A stretch of 59,437 nucleotides of DNA, the filler included, from Globobulimina sp. (taxonomy: Eukaryota): assembly GCA_003354225.1 (NCBI GenBank). It is 11 parts of 11 records of this genome, joined end to end, with 100 filler letters (N's around TTAATTAATTAA, not from the genome) between each part and the next. Parts side by side here need not be neighbours in the genome. Positions count along the whole stretch, not along the records: positions 48,737 to 54,037 come from PIVH01000638.1; positions 54,138 to 59,437 come from PIVH01000639.1; 9 more parts are not named here. One strand, given 5' to 3'. The position numbers were made by a program, and so were the translations under genes. Position 1 is the stretch's first letter. The number at the start of each line of letters is the position of its first letter. Positions 49,685 to 59,437 of this stretch are shown here, in pieces. The notes beneath the pieces are model-generated. The model was given only the letters and a program-made list of their open reading frames with translations. It made no database searches and was not told the DNA's origin.

Positions 49685-52600
49685 ATGCCTCGTCCAAAAC
49701 GAATCAAAACCAAAGGGATAAATCCGAATGAATCCGAACGACATAGAGCTTGGACTGACGATGAAATATTTGACTGGAATCACAATAAAACATTAAATCG
49801 TTCATATGTTAAATGTATCGAACATGATAATTGTTCAAAACCATTTAGAATATTAAATAAATATAAATTGCATCTTCAAACAAAACATAAATCATATTTA
49901 TCATCAAATAAAAAGGATTATCAATATTACACATTAAATCATGATAAAGAATGGGAATTAACTCTCATTAAAACCAAAAAACGTAAACGAAAATCATTGA
50001 TCTGTATTGAATCTGATCGCAGCGCTAAAAAACTAAAAAAAACTAAATATAATAATTTTTGGAGTGTTTCAGGTTTTAATGTGTCTTCAAATAATAATAA
50101 TATCCAATCTGCGATTAATGAGTCTCCAATAAATGAGTCTCCAATTAATGAATTAAATGAATCTGACCAAAAATCTGAGAGCGTGGAAGTTATTCAAGAT
50201 ATCCAAGATGCAAACAGTTGGATTGTATCTCCTCCTCAATTACAAGATAGATATTATTCATCTGGTTTGCAATTAATATATATACAAAATAAAAATAATA
50301 TATTTACATGTTTTTGTGCCACATGTAATCAACCAATGATGGATAAGAAACAATATAATCGTAATAATATCGGTGAATGGGTTGCTGTTAAAAATGCAGT
50401 ATACCAACATTTCAATACAAAGGGTAATACACATTGGATTTATGCAAATAGGGATAATGAGGACAATATTACATACGTTCGAGCTAAAAATGTATATTAT
50501 AATATGTGCGGACAATATTTGATGAATCTGCAACAAAATAAAGGATATTTATCATGGACAAAAGATATTAATTACCTTCACGATTTTCGTATAGATATTG
50601 GCAATAAACAGCATCATGAACATGGCCCAGAATTATTCATTGAGCCAGTTTACAGAGAATGTTTGGATGTGATCAATAAATATATTACGACGCCAAGTGC
50701 TGCATTAGGCGGTGTACCATATGGATTTTCAATGTCATTTGATAAAGGCACACCAAATGGATACCGTTATACCATGGAATATAATCGAATAAAAACGTTT
50801 GGGCCTGATTTTTATCCGATATCTGCGGCTGTTTATCAACACGAAATAACAGATGAAAGTGATAAGGAATGGACGAAAGGGACTGGACAGGGACTTTGTG
50901 ATAATAAGCAATTGGTTTTTGATGCAATAAAATTGAGCAAATACGAAAATTCGCGGGATTGTATGGGGCGGCATGCCGATCGGCAATATGATAATAACAA
51001 TTTGGGTGTTTTACATTTAATGCGGGAGAAATATGAATTGACTGAATTTTCATCAGACCAGTCTGACCCAGCACATTTAATAGAATCTGGCGATGCGTTC
51101 GTACGCAAAAATTCAGGATTTTATCAATCAGTAAACCGGTGTTCAAATGTACTGATATCTCCGTTCAATTATTCTAAAAAGAAATTCAATAAAATCAGGC
51201 AACACTTGAGCATCTGGGCGGTTACATATAAAAAGAAGACTGAGGTAAAGTTTTTAGCTCACAGCACAACATCTTTTAATTCTGTCATCAGAAACACGAA
51301 TGGAGCATTGCATTTATTTGGACAAAATTTACGGCCAACAAATCAAAAAGGTCGTAATAACATTTATTTACAAAAATTAACAAAATCCGGATATTTTCAG
51401 ATTGGAATGAGATTTATTAATGATACAAGTAATCCGATTATTACTGGTATCACAAAACCATCACAAGGTGACATGTGCCCTTTGTATAGATATCCGGCAA
51501 TAAAAACTGATATAATTAATGATTTTAAATATAGATTAGGATTATTTGAAATCGCATACGGAAATTGCGATGAAAATACATGTCAATTAATCCCAGATGA
51601 ATTAATTGATTTATATCCATCATTTAAGGAATTAAATTTTTATGGAAATTGTGTGGATATTAATATAAATATAATGGATGATAAATATGAAGGAATTATT
51701 AAAGGAATGAGTAAGAATGATATTGAAGCATTGCAAGTTACCGTTGGCAAAACGGAATTGGATTATAGTATTTTAACAAGTAACGCTAAAAACGAATTAT
51801 GCGGAGTTTGTCGATTGGGAGATGGGATAAGTAATTGTGAGATGGTTAACTGTCATCGATGTGACACATGGTTTCATTATGGAAGGGATAGTTGTGAGTA
51901 TCATAGGACTAGGAATTATAATATTGATTTTTGGGATGATCATCCATATTATTGTCAACATAATGGGTGTTGTCTCAATAAAAACAAAAAATGGAATGAA
52001 TCGGATAGGAATATAGTCAGAGAATTATCCAGACCCGAATTAAAAGAGGATATATCTATTGAAGAAGCAGAGCACCAAACTGGAGAGGAACAAATTGGAA
52101 TTGAGGAAGAAAAACATTTGGATACAGTTACTGAAGAAATCGAAGATATAAAAAGATTATATAATATAACACAGGTTCGGAGATCTGTGTTTATTCAAAA
52201 TATGATGATTGAATTTATGGGACATTTATCATTATGGATACAATGTTTACAGGAAGTTGTTTTATTTGAAAAGAATTTGGAACTTATGGCGAAAGTTTTT
52301 GACACAAAGTTACATTTATTTGAAGTGGATAAGATTTTAAGCAGCAAAGAAAGCTCGAAACAGAAAGATAAAATGTATAAAAAATATATAGATCGTATGG
52401 GTAGGAAAGAATATTGGCAATTAGCGGGATTATGGAATGATTCATTTAAGAAATTTAATCTTGACAAACCTATCCCAGAATTCCTGTCAGCATACAAACT
52501 ATTCAAAAAACGTTTTTTTAATCTCCGAAAAAAACACCTTCTTTTGGGACACTTTGAAGCAAATAAGAAACAATATTATAAGAAATATGGTGTAACTATT

Positions 52601-53116
52601 CTCAAACATAATGAAATATTTCGCCAATTTATTGAAACTCCGGAATTGTATCGTGATATTGAAGCATTTAATATGTTATGGGCAAGATGTGAGGTTATGG
52701 GTTGTTCAGAAGGTCGAGTTGAAGGTGAAGTAAAATCTGGCGATGAACGTTTACGCAATCGATACAGATTAAAGCCAAAAAGATTTAGAATGGAACACAC
52801 AGCACGCGATATATTAAGAACACAAACACAAGAACAAAAAAAAGAAATACAAGAAAAAGTAAGAAAAACCTTAATGAAAAATGCAAATTCAGTCAAAAAA
52901 GTTGTGTTTGTTACCAATAGGGTCAACCCAACACATTATCCATCAAAAACAATTGCGCAATTTCGCAATCCTCCAAAAATAATGAAAATACAATCAAAAG
53001 ATTTAATTGGTATTGATAATGAACATTGTTTTGAAAATCCATATTTATATATTGATGATGATGCTTGTTTTGATTCCGATGATGAGGTTTGTTTCGGTTT
53101 GATGACTTTGCAATAG
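49685..53116 (+). mobile_element. hAT-superfamily-like DDE transposase (1143 aa) with N-terminal zinc fingers and an internal PHD finger
   Basis: C2H2 finger, CxxC..H..H finger, DIGNKQH, SMSFDKGT (D), HADRQY (D), DPAHLIE, PHD (CGVC..CHRCDTWFH..C..YYC), CSEGRVEG (E). Single uninterrupted ORF. Confidence 0.7.
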
Positions 53117-53457
53117 TTTGAATTAATGTTATTGTTGTTGATGATGTATAAAATGTTATTGTTTAATTAATGTTATTGTTGTTAATGTTATTGTTTATTT
53201 AAAATGTTATTGTTGATGTTGTTAATGAATTGATGTTATTGATGTTGTTGTTGATAATAAGTTGCTTTGTATGCAGTATGAGGCAGTGGATAATTGTGGT
53301 TGTAATTGTTTATTTAACCACGACTTGTTGGCAGTGACAATTGGGTGCCATTGTTGGCACTAGACTGAAGAATAAAAAATGTGAGGATTGTTTTATTTTT
53401 AGTCATTATTAATGGCTTTCCAGAGTTAAGAAAAAATAATGGAACGCTTTCGACCTA

Positions 53458-54037
53458 TTGGTGATGGTTTGGTTCCTGTTTTTCAGCTTGAAAGTGACGC
53501 CGAAAACGAATTTCATAGTGTCGGACTTCTGGCGGTGGATGGTGGTGCATATGTGGGTGGAGGTAACATTCGAGGTCTTCACCACTGTCATCGTGGCCTT
53601 CTTGTACCGCCACGTACATCGCGGTGATGCTGTTCTTTCTGTCCGCGACCATCGGCATCGGGCATAACTTTTATTGGATTGCGAAGCCGACGGGGGTCAT
53701 TGCGATGGGCAGCGCCTTCTCGACGACGCAGGTGATGCCGCTGATTTTGCTGACGATGGACGCCTGGAAATTCATCCAAATTCGTTGGAGCAGGCGAAGG
53801 GAAATCAGAAGCACATTATGCGCGGAGTGTGGTTGTTTATGCTCGGCGTCAACTTCTGGAAAGTGTTTGGTGCCGGAATCCTGGGCTCGTTTATCAATTT
53901 GCCGGTGGTTAATTACTATATGCACTCGACATATTTGACTGGGAATCATGCTCATGCCGCCATGTGGGGCGTGAAGGGCAATATCGCCATTGCCGGAGTC
54001 TTGTTTTGTGTGCAACATACGGTGCAAGAGAAGTATT
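53458..54037 (+). pseudogene. Nitric oxide dismutase (Nod)-type qNor-family fragment with two frameshifting deletions (~53605, ~53778)
   Basis: Three frames give SDFWRWMVVHMWVEVTFEVFTT, IGHNFYWIAKPTG..STTQV and NFW.VFGAG..GSFINLPVVNYY.H.TYLTGNHAHAAMWGVKGN. Confidence 0.88.
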
Positions 54038-54591
54038 NNNNNNNNNNNNNNNNNNNNNNNNNNNNNNNNNNNNNNNNNNNNTTAATTAATTAANNNNNNN
54101 NNNNNNNNNNNNNNNNNNNNNNNNNNNNNNNNNNNNNCGGCTTCTCCGCTGCATGTTTCATAAATCATAATTATACCGACATATATTTGTGTATAATAAG
54201 TATACACAAATTGTATAATCCGCTCTGATAGAAAGTATACAAAATTCTGAAAGTTACTTTTTTTTATTTTAGTGTAAAAGAACAAGTTTGATGAGTATAA
54301 TAAACAATTAATTATATAAGTATAACTGCTATAAAATTAAAATTAAACGGATTGACACAAACATAATAATATAATATAAAAAAAAAAGAAATTAATGCGT
54401 CAAACAGAGCAAATCACATAAATTATGTACGTATAAATCAATTATTTTTGTTGACCAAATATTCATACTTTATGTAAGATATAATACAATATAAATTATA
54501 AAAATCTTATCCGTTAATAAAGGCTATACAAAAATGCGTTTGACGTATATAAAACATATAAAACATATAAAATAATATGTAATTTAATAAA

Positions 54592-55657
54592 TTATTCAGC
54601 CAAATAATTTGGGCCAAACACTTTTTTCATATTTCCTAAAATAAATGATGCACGGATTGCCAATGAATGATATCTTGAATCTCGTCGATAAATACCACCA
54701 ACCATTCCCCAGTCCATTTTATTTCGTCCAAATAGTTGCTCGATATGAGCTCTCTCTGCTTTATGTCCATCGGTCCCATCCGGACCTATAAAACGCAAAT
54801 CATTTGGATACCCATCATCAACCAAAGTGGATTGATTCCACTCATTTTCAGCAATATAACGACTCGCATTTGAGTCGCACATTCGGCCCGGAATTCCTGT
54901 TGAAAATATATGTAAAACACACAAAAAAATATGTAAAACAAATACATGTACCTGTCACTAAATGGGTACAATAATTGGATTTGGTTGCAATTGCTTGTAC
55001 GTTTACAGCCTCTGGATATTTTCTTTTATGATCATAAAAATCGCTTCGATTAATACCAGCCGGTAAAATACGCGTTGCTCGTCTTCTAAACATAGAACCA
55101 TCCAAACTGCAATACGCGGTGGGATAATTTTCGTATATTTGTGCTGCTGCGCGTTGTCCATTATTTAATGGACGGATCCAATCATTAAATATGTCTACAA
55201 AATGGAGTAAACAATGCTTAAAATCCCTGGATACGCTGGATGCATTCCATCCGTTTTGATACGCGGTATCCCATACTTTTGGTTGCTCCCCTAATTGGTT
55301 TAAAAAAGATAAAATTCGATTCTCATTTGTTATTTTGCACCGCCGTCTGCGTTTGCGTGCATTCTCAGCCCTTGGTACTGTCAAATATATATTCCTGGGC
55401 TCACTAATTGCTTGATCCATGCCTTCGAAAATGTATTCAAACATATTTTGATTACAATTCGCATGATGCGAAAAGTAACCAGTGCCTGTAATATTAATGT
55501 AATTATTTTTGGCAATTACATTCCTTCCAATTCCAACATATCTAATATTATTTGCATATATGTCGTCATCCTCGTCATCGTCAATAATTAAGGAATAGAA
55601 TTGATGTATCAATGTGATTAGAAATACAACAATTATCGACTGTCTGTTGAGCGCCAT
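54592..55657 (-). mobile_element. PIF/Harbinger (HARBI1-like, DDE_Tnp_4) transposase with intron 54897-54951
   Basis: HTH-like region, SLDGS (D), FYDHK, NVQAI, spliced VT|GIPGRMCDS, VDDGY (D), RAHIEQLFG..K..W (E). Confidence 0.82.
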
Positions 55658-55879
55658 GCAAAAGTTTTTTTTTACTGATGAAATGCAAAAGTTTTTTTTT
55701 CTTCGATTATCAAAGCGTTCATTGATGAAATGAACTAAAAGCAAAAACGCTATTGTACTTTTTGCAACATGTTTCTAAATAATTGAAAAAATGCAAAACA
55801 GTGGAGTGATCGAGTGATTGGAAAAATTATGTCTTGTGGATAAGATGTAACAAATCAAGAAAAAAAGGTTATTTATAAC

Positions 55880-58293
55880 TTATTTCCCATATATTTTCCA
55901 TTTTCCTAATCCAATATAACCAAAAAATCTAATTCGAAGTGCTTGAACGTCTTTATTTATCATCACAATTTTTGATTCATTGTCTTTAAATCCTTCCAGC
56001 AAACAAATAGTAATCCAACTATTCCGTGTTGGATTCAATGAGTATTGTAGTGTCTGGCCATTAATGTCCTTACAGCTCCAATTGTTGGACATACCCATTG
56101 AAGTCCCTGGTGGTCCAATGTCCATACAATAAACATACGTTGTTTTGCTAAACCTTGCTTCAATCCATTGTAAGGACATTGTGCCGTCTTTATTCTGATC
56201 TGTAGCGCAACCTTGATTTAGATTATCATTCATCATTACTGAATATGTATTAAAAAAATCCAAACCCGCAAAGTCCTTAAATTTGGAAGACATCCTTAAT
56301 GTATATGACACATTCCTTCCTATCTTTGGTTGTTGCAACAAATTCAATTTTTTTTGCACTTCATTGCAATCATTCTGTAACTTGACATGTTTCAGTTGAT
56401 AAACATTACAATCATTCTGTAATTTGAAATTTTTCTGTTGACAATCATGCAATTTTTCTTTCACTAATTCCAACGGAGACTTTGGTTTTGGAATTCTTCT
56501 CTTTGTGTTAAACGCACCACACTCACTATCTGGATTCTGGAAATATAACAAAATACAAACTAATTCTTGCTGCGTTAATATATTCAATGGTACAACATAT
56601 TTTGCAAAATACTTTCCGTCCATCAATCCAAACCTGACCAAATCACGAACAGATTTTAATAACTGTACTATCTCTCCTTTTTTTAATCTATTTGCCCATT
56701 CTTGCATTTTTTCCCAGATCTCCTCCTCAGACAATGGTAACGTACATTGTAAAAAGACTCTCATCGTTGATGCTTTCATGCTGTAAAACGAGTCAGAATT
56801 TAAAATATCAGCAATAACGGTTGCGGTGCTTTGATTGACATATTGTATACATTTAGAAGAAAAAGTGTCCAATTTCAACGACAATGATTTATCTAATAAA
56901 AAACACACATTTGATGGATGTATGCATTGATCAAAGTAAGTTTGACAATACAATGGCAATGCTATAATTTGATATCGATCGCAAATACACAATACATCCA
57001 ATACAGTTTCTGTGGTGACGTACGTCTTTGGATTAGCACAATATGCAAAATTTAAAATGCAGTCAAATGCTTCACAATCAATATCATCAATAACTACTTC
57101 TGAATTGGATTTGCTTTCTTCCATTTGTCCAAATAGCATACCTTCAAACAAGAAAATCTAATTTGGTGAGACAGGAATATCAAAAAATAAATATTAACTT
57201 AACCTTCAAATACCGGACTAATAATTTCCAAAAATAAACGATTTAATGAGAATTCCCGTTTCTTTGTTCCATGTCCAATTACAAACGTAACGTCTGTATA
57301 TTTTGAAATTGTCAATAAATTATGTATAGTTTTGCGTTGTGCTGTTTTGGCCTCATCAGTGTATGGATCATATTCCACTGATTCCTTATTTCCATCAATG
57401 GTCATTGTCCTTTGTCTTTGTGTCGTATTAAATATACAAGTGGCAGATGGCGCATATGAATATGTTAAAACACTCAGTGATTCATCTTTTGATAATATGT
57501 GCTGTGACATAACATTTTGTACAAAGTAATTTCCGCTCATTAAAGGAAATCGTATCAAATCTTTTATTGCGCCAAGTGACTGCAATTTGGATTTATTTTC
57601 ATCAATATTTAAGGAATTGCTTTGATGATTTGCCCATTCCAACACCATTTCCCATATAATTTCTTCTTTTACAGCTAACGCATCCAATTGCAAACACAAT
57701 CGCATTGTTTCCACGCTCATTTGCTTAAATCCATCTGATTTAATCACATCCTCAATCGCATTTGCATCATCTTCTAAATATTTCAAACATTGTTTACGTT
57801 GAACATCTAATTTCCATTTTGTTGCTTCATTCAGTAAGATACAAACATTATTTTCACGTATATTATTCTCAAAATATTCATTGCATAATGTGGTCAACAC
57901 AGGAATATGATATTTCTCACAGATATACAATACAGATAATACATTGTTGGCTGACAGGTTTGGATTGTTACAGTATGCAAATTTTAATACCGATTGGAAT
58001 GCATTACTATCAATATCTGCCAACACAAATTCCTCTAATTTGTCATCACCATACAATAATTCGTCAAAGTGATTACTAACTGAGGATAAAAACAAACGGT
58101 TTATGTCATACCGATCGCGATATTGGGTTTGCGTCGGACCAATAACGAATGACACATCAGTATATTTATGTTGGTTGAGCACGACAGATAACTGTGCATG
58201 CATTTCAAATTCAATATCCGTGTCTGGACTCATTCGTTGTTTTTTGTATGCAGGTAATTTGAGACCATCATCATTATCTCTACGACGTTTCAT
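55880..58293 (-). CDS. Tandem BTB-BACK x2 protein with coiled coil and C-terminal discoidin/galactose-binding-like domain; intron 57142-57203
   Basis: Two YTDV.FVIG...NRLFL BTB starts, EE.IWE...WA BACK motifs, LIRFPLM; WIEARF in the C-terminal domain. Confidence 0.85.
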
Positions 58294-58463
58294 CTTCGGC
58301 GATTCTTCGCGGCGCAACTATGAGGTATAAATCATGTATATTAGTAGTTGCAGTTTTTGTATTTTAATGGTATTTTTGCAAAACTGTTTCACCCAATATT
58401 CAAACTGTAAACATATACAAATTTGGTTGTACTTTTATTGTTTGTATACCGTGCACAGTTTCT

Positions 58464-59437
58464 CTAGTTACCGCAACTGCATTTACTATTTAGAAATATA
58501 TGTTTTTGTCGAGTGTCAGTGCAAGAAATAGGTAGATTTGGATAAAATTTTGATACTTTTTTAAAGAAATTATGACAATCTTTACACATTCTCATATTAA
58601 CTGTAATATCAACATCATTTTCCGAATTGATATCCAATAAAAATGCTAGTGCTTTTTTTTCAGAATGATATTTAATTAAATGATATGCTCCATAAATATC
58701 ATTTAATTCTGGATATTGCGTAATATCTATTTCATATTTTATTAATTCAATAAGTTTATCCACCAACTCATTATAATTATTATTCATATCATTATCATTG
58801 GTTACATTATAAATAATTCCATTACATTCAAATTGAGCAATAATTGTTGATGATGGATATTGCATTTTATATTTATTTACAAATATTTCTTTTATCATAT
58901 TTATCATATAAACATCATTCACATTTATAGCTGTTCTATAAAATAACTTCAATTGATATTGTTCCATTTCATACCAATTTGATTTGTTGAGAAATATTTT
59001 GGCTTCATTTAAAGCTTTTTGTTTGTTTATATTATCCATGGCCAGACAGCAAATAGTTGTTAATATATTGATATGTGGTTTCAAATTATTTAAGTTACAA
59101 AACAGTTTATATCCATTGTATTCATTCCACATTTTATCATAATTTGAGTTTGATAGATTAGCATAAGCAGTGATGATTTGATTCCATGAAAGATGCGACA
59201 TTTTATTCATAAAATTATGCTTTATATTTGAAACAAATAAATCAAGCAATACTTCATTTTTTGACTTATAGGCTGCGATAATAGCAACACAATATGTATT
59301 TATATCTGGTTTTATCTCACATTCAATCATTTTATCCCAATAAATATTAATTAAATAGGGTTTGCCACATTTGATAATTCCAGCAATTATATTTGTAAAA
59401 CAATAATTATTTATATGCGTTTTTATAAATTCATCGG
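58464..59437 (-). CDS. 5'-truncated PPR protein with C-terminal DYW-type cytidine deaminase domain
   Basis: PPR motifs (KPDINTYCVAIIA, SWNQIITAY), then YHSEKKALAF, NMRMCKDCHNFFK.VS, D....H.F...CSC. Frame is open to the window end. Confidence 0.88.
   Translation of the reverse strand, partial: DEFIKTHINNYCFTNIIAGIIKCGKPYLINIYWDKMIECEIKPDINTYCVAIIAAYKSKNEVLLDLFVSNIKHNFMNKMSHLSWNQIITAYANLSNSNYDKMWNEYNGYKLFCNLNNLKPHINILTTICCLAMDNINKQKALNEAKIFLNKSNWYEMEQYQLKLFYRTAINVNDVYMINMIKEIFVNKYKMQYPSSTIIAQFECNGIIYNVTNDNDMNNNYNELVDKLIELIKYEIDITQYPELNDIYGAYHLIKYHSEKKALAFLLDINSENDVDITVNMRMCKDCHNFFKKVSKFYPNLPISCTDTRQKHIFLNSKCSCGN

Noticed and set aside
53345-53363. Hairpin plus CTAG as a Helitron 3' end
   Set aside because: Hairpin abuts CTAG without the usual spacing and no Rep/helicase is present.

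Overview
The window is not one locus. It is 11 unlinked contigs of about 5.3 kb, sorted by decreasing length (1-5327, 5428-10753, 10854-16172, 16273-21590, 21691-27005, 27106-32418, 32519-37826, 37927-43233, 43334-48636, 48737-54037, 54138-59437) and joined by artificial 100-bp spacers (44 N + TTAATTAATTAA + 44 N). Most of it is AT-rich, gene-dense eukaryotic nuclear DNA with short GT-AG introns. It is probably a rhizarian/foraminiferan protist (inference from gene families, intron style and a Nod-type Nor fragment). Host genes include VPS41, OGDH E1, SUV3, TyrRS, Rab6-like, RBM42, a La-related protein, an SF1 helicase, a kinesin and BTB proteins. Several contig ends switch abruptly to bacterial-type DNA (trpE, MOBF relaxase), which suggests amplification chimeras. 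Highlights: (1) a spliced, ~1200-aa RAG1/Transib-like transposase with unknown neighbouring ORFs; (2) a nitric-oxide-dismutase (Nod)-type qNor fragment, frameshifted, next to a hAT element; (3) a PPR protein with a DYW-type deaminase domain, plus a PPR-SMR protein; (4) a contig that closes into a 5.2-kb circle or tandem unit and contains an orphan SDR exon; (5) a hAT transposase with an inserted PHD finger behind a ~340-bp hairpin; (6) a bacterial-type acireductone dioxygenase with a predicted intron. All family calls come from motif recognition by eye, not from database searches.
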